Shown here one piece after another: positions 9,408-18,620 of a stretch of 64,000 nucleotides of DNA. How positions within the stretch are numbered: position 1 is the stretch's first letter; the number at the start of each line of letters is the position of its first letter. The notes beneath the pieces were generated by a model, which did no database searches, was not told where the DNA came from, and worked only from the letters and a program-made list of their open reading frames with translations. A program made the position numbers and the translations under genes. Source of the stretch: Bacteroidia bacterium (GTDB lineage: Bacteria; Bacteroidota; Bacteroidia; 2-12-FULL-35-15). Where the stretch lies: contig JBJMLR010000011.1 of NCBI GenBank assembly GCA_045805205.1, positions 467,803 to 531,802 of the forward strand, written 5' to 3'.

Positions 9408-12086
9408 ATGAAATTTTTTTTCACCAAAAGAACCACGATTTTTTTTCTCATCGGCTTTTTCACAAGCACCACCACATCGGCGCAGAAAAACCTCGAAAAG
9501 GGAGATAAGCTTTTTGATATGAACCAGTTCACGGAAGCGATCCGCTACTATGATCTGGAGGTAAAAGCGAGGAACAGCAAAACGCTGGATCAGGCAATGC
9601 TCAAGCTCGCAAACTGTTACCGGATCACCGGTGAGTTCGAAAAGGCAGAAGCAACGTACAAAACATTGCTGAAAAAGAAAAAGAAAGATCCCAAAGCGAT
9701 CTTGAATTATGCGATCTCGCTGAAAAGCAGCGCAAAATACGCTGAGGCTGCCGCACAATTCAAGGAGTATCTTAAGGCAAATCCCCTGGATCCGATGGGT
9801 GAGATGTATTTGCAGTCATGCGATCTCGCACAGGTATGGCTGGATGAAACCATCGGTAAGGAAGTAAGAAATGTTGAGAAGCTGAACAGTGAGCTGGGAG
9901 ATTTTGCACCTGTACTCACCTCGCAGGGGCAGCTGGTTTATACTTCATCAAAACCCGGAGGCACACAGGCACTGATCAGCTTTGACGGGGGAAATGAGAT
10001 CCATCGTCTAGACCTATACAGCCTGGATGTAAATGATATTGACGAGAAGCCGAAAACCGACATCCGGAACATGAAGGAGTTTAACTCTCCGCTTCATGAA
10101 GGGCCTGCAACGTTTTCAAAAGATGGAACGGAACTGTATTTCACGCGTACGATCAATGGGAAAAAAGACAAGCATACAAACAAGGTGTTGAATACGCTCC
10201 AGGTATTTTATTGTAAAAAGGACTCCACGGGACATTGGTCAAAACCGCAGAGCGCATTTTCCTTCAATAGTAAAGACTATTCGGTAGGGCAGCCCAGCTT
10301 GTCACCCGATGGAAAAACAATTTACTATATGAGTGATATGCCTGGTGGAAAAGGCGGAACCGATATTTATTACAGCACCCGGGAAAAAGATAAATCCTGG
10401 TCAGCGCCAAAGAAGATCGAAGGAGATGTGAATACGTTCGGACATGAATTGTTTCCGTACATATCCGATGACGGAGTATTGTATTTTTCATCAGATGCGC
10501 ATCCCGGAATGGGGCAGCTCGATATTTTTTCCTCTGAATATGATAACGGGAAGTGGGTCAATGTAACTAACCTGAAGCCTCCGATCAATTCGATCGCAAA
10601 TGATTTTGGCCTGGCACTGGACGGAAAAAACAAAAGAGGTTTTTTCAGCTCCGACCGTTTCAACGGAAAAGGTGCGGAAGATATTTACAGCTTCTCTGAT
10701 CCAATTCCTCTTAAGCTATCGATCGACTCCGATACCATCCGGTTCGCTGATAAAAGTATTTATGATGGGATCAAATACAAGCTGGTGAATGAAGCAGACA
10801 AAAGCGAACAGGTGCTCGAGCCGTTCAATGGCGTGTATTCGGTAAAGCTCGCTGAACTGCAGAAATACACTTTAGTCGCAAAGAAAAACGGTTTTCCATA
10901 CAATAAGATCTCATTGAGCTTATCGAGAGATACACTAGGAAATTATCTTGAGGCAAGAGTTAAGCCGGGTCTTCATTCCATCCAGGTAGATGGCCATTTG
11001 CGCTCTTCGCTTATTCCGGATAGTCTCCGCATAAAATACGGTGAAATGCCCGTACAGGATGTCGCTGTGTCGCTGATCGATTCTTCAACCACCGTTGAAA
11101 AAGAGCTGGCAGCAAAGAGAACGGGCGCTTTTGGATTTGAAGAAGTGTTGAATGCAAACGAGTCATACACGGTGATCGCGAAAATAGAAGTACCGAAAGA
11201 TCCGCCGGATCCGATTGTTAAATGTAAAGGAATCGTGATGTATAACGGTGCGCCGCTTGCAAATGCTTCCGTACAGCTCCTTGAAGATGGAAAGTTAACT
11301 GAGCGTTTTCAAACGGGTGAAAAAGGGAATTTTGATTTTGAACTCGATTTGAATAAGAACTATACGATCGCCGGAAATAAGCTTGGCTTCGATACTGCAT
11401 CGGTGTCATTCATTACGGATGCGAATGATGCAAAGAACGGAATGTTCCGGACGATCCGGCTGGACTCATTGGGAAGCATCCGGCTGAACGGAACTGTACG
11501 TAATGCGATTGCAGGATTGGGAAATGTTCAGCTGACGATCCGGGAAGGCAGTAAGGTCGTAGCGGAGCTAAGGTCGGCTTCCGATGGGAAGTTCAACGGT
11601 TCCCTGCTTCCAGGGCATGAGTATACAATTACAGCAACAGCAGGTGGTTATTTTCAGAAAGAAGTTGCGCTTTCAACAAAAACCCTGAATAAAGGTGAAA
11701 CACTAACGACAGATATTCTTCTCGATTCAATTAAAGTGAATGCCGTGGTTGAGCTCCGGAACCTGTATTACGACTATGACAAACCCGATGTTCAGTTCAA
11801 ATCACTGCCTGCATTGGATAAGCTTGTGGAGTTTATGAGGACCAATCCGACCGTGAAGATCGAGTTGGCAGCAAATACTGATTCCCGCGGAAACCCGGAT
11901 TATAACCTCCGGCTGTCGCAAGCCCGCGCGCAATATGCAAAGGATTATCTGACACTTGAAGACATTTCGCCGGATCGGGTAGTACCGGTAGGTTATGGTA
12001 AAACAAAACCGCTCATTGCAAATGCAAAAAGCGAGCAGGAGCATCAGATCAACCGGCGCACTGAAATTCGAATCCTTCAAAACTAA
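9408..12086 (+). CDS. OmpA-family protein with N-terminal TPR repeats and a TolB-like beta-propeller region
   Basis: The C-terminal OmpA_C motif NTDSRGNPDYNLRLSQARA...VGYGKTKP...NRRTEIRIL is present. The middle part has PD40-like SLSPDGKTIYYMSD. The N-terminus has a signal peptide and TPR-like helices. Confidence 0.8.
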   Translation: MKFFFTKRTTIFFLIGFFTSTTTSAQKNLEKGDKLFDMNQFTEAIRYYDLEVKARNSKTLDQAMLKLANCYRITGEFEKAEATYKTLLKKKKKDPKAILNYAISLKSSAKYAEAAAQFKEYLKANPLDPMGEMYLQSCDLAQVWLDETIGKEVRNVEKLNSELGDFAPVLTSQGQLVYTSSKPGGTQALISFDGGNEIHRLDLYSLDVNDIDEKPKTDIRNMKEFNSPLHEGPATFSKDGTELYFTRTINGKKDKHTNKVLNTLQVFYCKKDSTGHWSKPQSAFSFNSKDYSVGQPSLSPDGKTIYYMSDMPGGKGGTDIYYSTREKDKSWSAPKKIEGDVNTFGHELFPYISDDGVLYFSSDAHPGMGQLDIFSSEYDNGKWVNVTNLKPPINSIANDFGLALDGKNKRGFFSSDRFNGKGAEDIYSFSDPIPLKLSIDSDTIRFADKSIYDGIKYKLVNEADKSEQVLEPFNGVYSVKLAELQKYTLVAKKNGFPYNKISLSLSRDTLGNYLEARVKPGLHSIQVDGHLRSSLIPDSLRIKYGEMPVQDVAVSLIDSSTTVEKELAAKRTGAFGFEEVLNANESYTVIAKIEVPKDPPDPIVKCKGIVMYNGAPLANASVQLLEDGKLTERFQTGEKGNFDFELDLNKNYTIAGNKLGFDTASVSFITDANDAKNGMFRTIRLDSLGSIRLNGTVRNAIAGLGNVQLTIREGSKVVAELRSASDGKFNGSLLPGHEYTITATAGGYFQKEVALSTKTLNKGETLTTDILLDSIKVNAVVELRNLYYDYDKPDVQFKSLPALDKLVEFMRTNPTVKIELAANTDSRGNPDYNLRLSQARAQYAKDYLTLEDISPDRVVPVGYGKTKPLIANAKSEQEHQINRRTEIRILQN

Positions 12087-12097
12087 AAATCAAAAAC

Positions 12098-12538
12098 ATG
12101 GTTAAAATGAAAATTATACGCGGCCTGGTTGGCCTTATGACTGTCGGGATCCTTTTCGGTTTCGTTGCAGGTGTTCCAGAATGCGGATCAGATGAATATC
12201 TCGAAAAATTTGCTCCTGCACTGGCGGATTATACCTTTATCAAATCATTCAATGTGCAGCTCAGCAAGCAGGATGACAAAAGCGAATTCTCCTACGTGTT
12301 CAGCAAAGGCTCTACTTACCGGATCGTGATCGGCGATATGAATCCGGAAGGGAATCGAATGATCGTAAGTCTTTATGACCGTAACAGGAAACTGATCGCT
12401 TCAAATTATGTCAAGAGCAGCAGGAAATTTTTTCCGAGCATCAATTATGCATGTTCCGCTACCGGCGTTTATTATGTAGAAGCAGCTTTTGAGAATGGCA
12501 AGACCGGCTGCGGGATCAACATCCTGGGGTTCAAATAA
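12098..12538 (+). CDS. Hypothetical small secreted protein
   Basis: 146-aa ORF with a signal peptide, starting 11 bp after the OmpA-family gene. No recognisable motif. Confidence 0.4.
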   Translation: MVKMKIIRGLVGLMTVGILFGFVAGVPECGSDEYLEKFAPALADYTFIKSFNVQLSKQDDKSEFSYVFSKGSTYRIVIGDMNPEGNRMIVSLYDRNRKLIASNYVKSSRKFFPSINYACSATGVYYVEAAFENGKTGCGINILGFK

Positions 12539-12658
12539 AGCACTGTGATTTTCATATTGCCGCGGACATCTTTACTGTTTTTGAAGGCCCGGGGCGCAAG
12601 TATCAATTATATATGATAAATTTGGCTTTCGCCGAAGCAGAAGCTCCGGAAACACAGA

Positions 12659-13660
12659 ATGTCCCGGTACGACAATAAACAGAAAGACTCCCAGAAAACC
12701 TGGCTCTTCCTCGGAGGAGCATTGCTGCTGCTATTGTCGCTTGCGATCATTAAGCTCCTCATGTCCGACGATGAGGAAAAGCCGCTGATGTCTGCTGTAC
12801 AAGCCACCACTCCTGCCAAAACCACCAACCTGAATGATGCTTCCGGCGCAATGGAATACATCTACAATGCTCCCGAGTCGGAAAATGATATCCGCTATGG
12901 TTATCAATGGGAAATTTTAAGAACGGCACTCGAGCGGACCATTCCTTCTTATGGTCCTTACAGCATGAAGAAATCGGCATTTATGCCGGAGAAGCGCCAG
13001 CTTTTCGAGTTGGAAAATAATACACAGGCACTCACCGTCATGTATCTCAGCACCACGCGTGATATGGAAAAAAAGCTGCTGCCGGTGCGGATCCCCGTCG
13101 ACAAAAACCTGGGTGGCTATTGCATCATGCTGATCCGGAAAGAGGACCAGGATCGGTTTTCGAAGATCCGGACACTGGAACAGCTGGAAAAAACCCCGAT
13201 CGGGTTGGGAAACGGCTGGATCGATGTCGATATCCTTCGTTTCAATCATTTCAATATTGTTACCGGTTCCGATTATGAAGGCTTATTCAGGATGCTCGCG
13301 AATAAACGCTTCGATGCTTTTTCGAGATCCGCCGTCGAGATCCTTGATGAATACTCGAGCAGGCAAAAACAGCTCCCGGATCTGAAGATCGAAGACAGCT
13401 TATTATTGTATTATCCGCTCCCGATGTATTTTTGGTTCGCTAAAACGGAACAGGGGAAAAGGCTCGCGGAAAGAGCACGGGAAGGCATGGAAGGAATGCT
13501 GCGAGACGGAACCTATGACAGCATTTTCAACTATTACCAGGGTTACAAAACCGAAAAGCTTCATCTGAAAAAGCGAAGGCTGCTGAAGGTGGAAAATCCA
13601 TTTCTTAGTGAAGAAACGCCATTTGACGATAAACGCCTTTGGTATGATCCGATCAATTAA
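12659..13660 (+). CDS. Membrane-anchored periplasmic solute-binding-like (PBPb-like) protein
   Basis: N-terminal TM anchor. The rest resembles family-3 substrate-binding folds (GLGNGWIDVDIL...NKRFDAFSRSAVEI). The call rests on weak similarity by eye. Confidence 0.45.
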   Translation: MSRYDNKQKDSQKTWLFLGGALLLLLSLAIIKLLMSDDEEKPLMSAVQATTPAKTTNLNDASGAMEYIYNAPESENDIRYGYQWEILRTALERTIPSYGPYSMKKSAFMPEKRQLFELENNTQALTVMYLSTTRDMEKKLLPVRIPVDKNLGGYCIMLIRKEDQDRFSKIRTLEQLEKTPIGLGNGWIDVDILRFNHFNIVTGSDYEGLFRMLANKRFDAFSRSAVEILDEYSSRQKQLPDLKIEDSLLLYYPLPMYFWFAKTEQGKRLAERAREGMEGMLRDGTYDSIFNYYQGYKTEKLHLKKRRLLKVENPFLSEETPFDDKRLWYDPIN

Positions 13661-13669
13661 TTCCGCTGT

Positions 13670-15463
13670 ATGAAAAGAGTAAACACATCGATCAGTACCA
13701 TCACCATTATTTCATCGCTTGCGTTGACATCGTTAGTGTTTTGCTTTTTCGGATGGATGTATTACGGCCGGCAAAAGACACAGCATTTTACGGAGCTTAA
13801 TTCCAGCCTGGACCGGACAAGCCATCAGCTTTCGAAAGGACTCTCGATAGCGGTGTGGAATTTCAACGAAAACCAGGTGGAAGGAATTCTTGAAAGCGGA
13901 ATGCTCGACAAGGACATCGATGGGATCTCAATTGAATATAATGATCAGGACAAAACGATCATCTCGATACTCCGGGATGGCGGTGCGCAAACGAAAACCG
14001 TAAATAAGAAAATTTCTCCCCTCAAAGATGCGCTCGTTATTCAAAATGACATCAGGTACGACGACGATATAGTTGGAAAGCTTACGATCTATGGCACAAC
14101 CCGGTTTGTATACCGTAAGCTTGAAAAAGAACTTACGCTGATCGCACTATTTATTTTGCTGCTGATCGGGATCATGATGCTTGGGATTTACTGGATACTT
14201 TATCTTATTGTTATCAAGCCCGCCCAGGCGCTCGAAAAATTTTCACTCTCGATCACCGCCGAAAATCTAACCCATGCAGAGATCGATAGCAGTAAATATT
14301 ATCGTGAATTTGAGAACCTCGGCAATTCGCTTCAAAAAATGATCTCGTCGCTGAACCTGAGCTACAAAAATCTGGAGGAAAGTGAAAAGCGGTTTAAAGA
14401 TATTGCCAACCTGCTTCCGATGAGTGTCTTTGAACTTAATCTCGAAGGGCATTTCACATTTATGAATGACACCGGGTTCAGGCAATTTGATCTTACCCGG
14501 GAAGAGGTAGAAGGCGGGAAGCGTTTTTCAAGTACCATCCATCATGATTATCTGAAAACCGCTTTCGAAGCGAGGAATCTTCTTGCAGCTGACGCTAAGC
14601 GTACGTCGGTAGAATACAAGATCCTGCAAAAGAACGGAACCTACCTCACCATGCTTTTCAATGCCGCACCTCTTTTTAAAAATGGAGTATTGGCTGGTTT
14701 TATCGGCGCAGGTCTGGATGTAACCGAGCAGCGCGCAACCGAAGCAGCGATCAATGAATTGCTTCGTCTTGATTTTAAAAAGGAGCAGGAAGCGGAAAAG
14801 CAAAAAGCGCTTGCGCTGATCGAAGGACAGGAAAAGGAGAGATTGAGGATCTCCCGCGAAGTTCACGATGGAGTGGGACAAATGATGACGGCAATTAAAT
14901 TAGCCAGTGAAAGCATCGATCCTTCATCGATCCAGTCAAAACAAAACGCGGAAAAATTCGAATACACGAAAAAGCTTATTACAGAGGTCATTACCGAGTT
15001 GCGGCAGATTTCGAGGGACCTTTCTCCGACATTCTTATACGATTATGGTCTTTTTTCAGCGGTAAACCAGCTTGTAAATAACCTGTCGAGTTTCAGCGAT
15101 GTAACGATCAGGCTGAATTCGAATATTCAAAAAGAACGATTTACCCTGCAAGTGGAGATCACGTTATACCGGATCGTCCAGGAGGTATTGAACAATGCGA
15201 TGAAATATTCAGAGGCAAAGAATATCAAGATCAATCTTCTTCTTGATGCGGAGTTCCTGGAGCTGACGGTTGATGATGACGGCATGGGCTGTGATCTCCA
15301 GATCCTCCGGCAGTTGAGCCCTCCAAAGGGAAACGGCTTGAAAAATATAATTTCACGTGCTAATCTCATTGGCGCAAATGCTACAATCGATTCTGCACCG
15401 TTCCGGGGATTTCATATCAGTGTACAGGTGCCATTGGATCGGGAAGAAGAGCCGGAATTATAG
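13670..15463 (+). CDS. Sensor histidine kinase (HisKA_3 / NarL-partner type) with a PAS domain
   Basis: Two TM segments flank a periplasmic domain. A PAS-like region is present. The H-box EKERLRISREVHDGVGQMMTAIKL is HisKA_3 type. A C-terminal HATPase_c is present (NAMKYS...LELTVDDDGMG). Confidence 0.8.
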   Translation: MKRVNTSISTITIISSLALTSLVFCFFGWMYYGRQKTQHFTELNSSLDRTSHQLSKGLSIAVWNFNENQVEGILESGMLDKDIDGISIEYNDQDKTIISILRDGGAQTKTVNKKISPLKDALVIQNDIRYDDDIVGKLTIYGTTRFVYRKLEKELTLIALFILLLIGIMMLGIYWILYLIVIKPAQALEKFSLSITAENLTHAEIDSSKYYREFENLGNSLQKMISSLNLSYKNLEESEKRFKDIANLLPMSVFELNLEGHFTFMNDTGFRQFDLTREEVEGGKRFSSTIHHDYLKTAFEARNLLAADAKRTSVEYKILQKNGTYLTMLFNAAPLFKNGVLAGFIGAGLDVTEQRATEAAINELLRLDFKKEQEAEKQKALALIEGQEKERLRISREVHDGVGQMMTAIKLASESIDPSSIQSKQNAEKFEYTKKLITEVITELRQISRDLSPTFLYDYGLFSAVNQLVNNLSSFSDVTIRLNSNIQKERFTLQVEITLYRIVQEVLNNAMKYSEAKNIKINLLLDAEFLELTVDDDGMGCDLQILRQLSPPKGNGLKNIISRANLIGANATIDSAPFRGFHISVQVPLDREEEPEL

Positions 15464-15494
15464 TTCACACGCCAAGACTTGGTCTAAAGCTTTT

Positions 15495-15532
15495 TATTTC
15501 CCCGAAATCTTCACAAGAACTTCGGGGAAATA
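15495..15532 (+). repeat. Hairpin element copy 1: 12-bp perfect stem tatttccccgaa / ttcggggaaata
   Basis: Seen directly. The partner copy is at 18373-18421. Confidence 0.7.
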
Positions 15533-15542
15533 TAATCAGATA

Positions 15543-15567
15543 GTGTCAATTAATTGACACTTTTTAA
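15543..15567 (+). terminator. Perfect 20-bp palindrome agtgtcaattaattgacact followed by TTTTT, at a convergent gene junction
   Basis: Seen directly. It overlaps the last codons and stop of the minus-strand barrel gene, about 80 bp after the kinase stop. Confidence 0.6.
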
Positions 15568-18000
15568 CCTTCCGCTTTCCTCGGCATTACTTCTCTTCAC
15601 AGTTGGATTAATTTTCATTTTACCGAACTTCCATATTATGTAGATACGAAATCTTCGGGTATCATTTCTTTCAACATAATAAGAATATTGCCCGCCTACC
15701 TGATTGGTGTTTGGCTCGTAATCAGTTCTAAATACATCAAATAAACTTAACGATATATCCAATTTTTTATCGATTATAGTTTTAGAAACAGTAATACTTG
15801 CATCACCAACCGGATAATAATATTGCACACCCTCTTTAAAACCGGAGCTATAAAAACCCTGCAGTTGTAGTTTAAATTTTTTCGGGAGAGCAAATTCAAA
15901 CGTAAAATTGGTCATGAACTGAAAAGTTTCTGAGTTAGCCGTGGTTCCATTTACACTTCCTTTAAAATTTCGATACATGCCAACGTTATACAAATTAAAG
16001 CTGAACCATTTAATTTGTTTTTGTAAAAAAAGACTTAATGATGCATTGTTGCGTTGCGGATAATTAAATACAGTGTCTATCGTTACATTTGTTCTCGGAT
16101 TTCCATAAGAATAATAATATATCATATTATTTGTTTGCTGGTAAGCTGCGCTCACTGTAATAAAATTGTCAAAAGTATAATCTAAGTTCAGGTAGTGGCT
16201 GTATTGTGGCTTTAGGATTGGATTTCCTGTGCCTTTGCTAAAAGGATCATTAAACACAGTTGCCGGATTCATCTGATCGTAACTAGGTCTGTCAATCCGA
16301 TAGCTGTAATTTGCCAGAAGGCTGTTTTTTTTATTCAGTTCATAATTGATAGAACCGCTGGGAAAAAAATTTATGTAATCCCGATGTAACCTATAAGGTT
16401 TCGGCAGATTATTTGCATCAATTAGCGTATACTCGGATCGCAGGCCGGCTTTTGCTTCCCAACTTTTAATTTTTTTTCCTAATGTAAAATATCCTGCTAA
16501 TATCCGCTCATGATAGCGATAGTGATTAGAATAACTGGTATCCGAATAAAGCTGTCCGCTGGAAGGATCAGTAAGCTGAACATTTGCATTGCTTCCATTG
16601 TCTACGAAACTTGATTTTAAACCTGCGTCTAAGTTTGAAGATTTTTTGAACTCTTTTGTGAAATCAAGATTTTGAGTGTAAATATTAAAGTTGTTATTTA
16701 TAGTTGAACCAAACCGATTGATGGGCAACACCTCAAGGTTTGTATTATTGTAATAGTGGTTTGTGGTAAATCGTGAAAATTGCTCATTATAGTTAGTATA
16801 ATCAGTCGAGAATTGAACTTGTGTGAGAGAGTCGAGTTTATGTGTGGCACTTAAAATTACTGAGGGATTAAAAATAGTTTGCTGGGTACCAATATTGAAC
16901 TTAATGTAATTATATGCATACGGATTTCCGCCTATAATATCTTCCTGCGCGTTTTCCTGATTTGTTATCGTACCTGAACTGCCATTTACATTGAGCTCTA
17001 TACTCGTTTTTTCGTTTACATCATATTCTATGCCTCCATTCAAAAATAAATTATTATGCAAGGGTGTTTGTTTCCCCTGAGACAATAACTGGAAAGTACT
17101 TGTTGAATCTTTTATACTTCTTAAAAAGTAATTTTTTGTTTCAAAATGCAAATAAGAATAGGTAAGATTTGCAAATACGGTTAGCTTGTTTGATTTATAG
17201 TTAAGCGAAACAAAAGTCCCGGCCCGGGCATAATCCCCTTGGCTTGCACTTTGTGCAAGGCTTCCGCTAAATCCTTTTAATTTTGCTTTTTTCAGCACAA
17301 TATTTATTAATCCTCCGGATCCGCTTGCATCGTATTTTGCAGGTGGATTTTTTATTAATTCAATATAAGAAACCGATTCGGCAGACATACCCATAAGCAG
17401 ATTTATCATTTGACTGGTTGGTATTTGTTGCAACTTTCCGTTCAGCAAAAAGCGTACACCACCGCGACCATTTACAGTGATATTGTTTTGTGCATCAATA
17501 CTAACACCAGGTACCCGCTTTAATATTTCGAAAACTGTATTGCCACCGGAAAGAATATTGTTTTCAATATTCATGATGACACTACCATTTTTTAATTCTA
17601 TGATGGGCTTCATGGTCGATACAGATATTTCCCGAAGATTTACTCCTTCTGCTTTTAAATTATAAGGATTTAAGGATATTTGTGACAGGGAATCAACGGT
17701 AATAATTTGAGACCATCCTGTTTTAAAACCTGCAGTATTGAATTTGATCAAGTAATTTCCTGGTAAAATCTTTTCTTAGATAAACTGTCCGCTATCGTCA
17801 GTAATATTTCCTTTTACAAGACTACTGTCTTTTGCATTCAGAAGCCCCATTGCGCAATAAGGTATCGGTACACTTGCCGAATCAATAACACTTCCTTTAA
17901 TAAAATTTTGAGCAGGAGAGTATAAAAAAGTGCAAAGAATCAGCGCTAGGACTAAATTTTTTTTCATAATAACGAATGTAGCGCTTTTACCGATAGACAA
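15550..18000 (-). pseudogene. SusC/TonB-dependent-receptor-like outer-membrane beta-barrel protein (CarbopepD_reg-like N-terminus plus plug plus barrel) interrupted by an in-frame TAA
   Basis: The 74-aa ORF 17776..18000 (signal peptide, ...ITDDSGQFI) and the 733-aa ORF 15550..17751 share one frame (18000-17751=249). Reading through the TAA at 17776-17778 gives ...GQFI*EKILPGNYLIKFNTAGFKTGW, a continuous CarbopepD_reg-like motif. The plug region is ILKRVPGVSIDAQNNITVNGRGG. GC content is clearly lower than the flanks. Confidence 0.7.
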
Positions 18001-18054
18001 GTAGATTATTAGTCACAGCAAAACCGGAGAGTTGGATTCATTAGGTCTAAGAAT

Positions 18055-18157
18055 GTGGACCTTGTCCACCGAAGCCCGAACGGATGACTCTTGAAAATAA
18101 AAAGCCCTTCTTCGCTCTGTTCACCTTTCAGGTGTTCAGAGCTTCGAAGGGCGAAGG
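18055..18157 (+). repeat. Structured repeat copy A: gtggaccttgtccac hairpin plus gcccttc...gaagggc stem, ending gggcgaagg
   Basis: Seen directly. It is a tandem partner of copy B at 18191-18291. Confidence 0.65.
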
Positions 18158-18190
18158 AAAATTCAGTGACAAAATTTCGAACTCAAAAAA

Positions 18191-18291
18191 GTGGACCTTG
18201 TCCACCGAAGCCTGAACGAATGACTGTTAAAGAGAAAGCCCTCCGTCGCATTTCTAACCTTGTCAGGTTCGAAAAGCTATGGAGGGCGAAG
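18191..18291 (+). repeat. Structured repeat copy B: the same hairpin plus gccctcc...ggagggc stem with a compensatory t>c / a>g change, ending gggcgaagg
   Basis: Seen directly. Confidence 0.65.
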
Positions 18292-18308
18292 GTGGAGAAT
18301 ACCGGATT
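18292..18308 (-). repeat. 17-nt exact duplicate of the tRNA-Ala 3' end (gtggagaataccggatt), an att-like footprint
   Basis: Identical to 18464-18480, which is the 3' acceptor/T-arm part of tRNA-Ala, and in the same orientation. Confidence 0.7.
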
Positions 18309-18372
18309 ATTTCATGATCCGGTAATTCCAGATCTGAAAATAGAGTATCCCAAGGCAAAGCCTTGGGCTTTT

Positions 18373-18421
18373 TATTTCCAGGAAATCTTCACAAACAAGC
18401 TTGCAAGACTTCCTGGAAATA
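18373..18421 (+). repeat. Hairpin element copy 2: 12-bp perfect stem tatttccaggaa / ttcctggaaata with a 25-nt loop
   Basis: Same flanks as copy 1 (gctttttatttcc...atcttcacaa). The stem differs from copy 1 by compensatory double substitutions: cc>ag paired with gg>ct. Confidence 0.7.
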
Positions 18422-18448
18422 AAAATAGCCCACGTAAAAACGTGGGCT
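18421..18448 (-). terminator. Intrinsic terminator downstream of tRNA-Ala (agcccacg-ttttta-cgtgggct plus T-run on the minus strand)
   Basis: Hairpin plus U-tract read on the minus strand. Confidence 0.6.
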
Positions 18449-18464
18449 ATACTCTGAGTTAACG

Positions 18465-18538
18465 TGGAGAATACCGGATTCGAACCGGTCGCCTCTTCAC
18501 TGCCAGCGAAGCGCTCTAGCCAAATGAGCTAATTCCCC
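18465..18538 (-). tRNA. tRNA-Ala (anticodon GGC)
   Basis: Manual cloverleaf of GGGGAAT-TA-GCTC-ATTTGGCTA-GAGC-G-CTTCG-CTGGCAG-TGAAG-AGGCG-ACCGG-TTCGAAT-CCGGT-ATTCTCC-A. The G3:U70 Ala identity pair is present, T-loop is TTCGAAT, 74 nt, and CCA is not encoded. Confidence 0.9.
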
Positions 18539-18620
18539 TTTTCAACCGCCGAAGCTATGCAAAGGCGGTGAGGACTGCAAAAGTAAGAGAATTTTCGGAA
18601 TGCTGTACAGGCCTTAATAT

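Noticed and set aside
18091-18462. 123-aa plus-strand ORF across the tRNA-Ala spacer
   Set aside because: It is composed of the structured repeats and the tRNA 3'-end duplicate, has no start context, and more likely reflects the repeat region than a protein.
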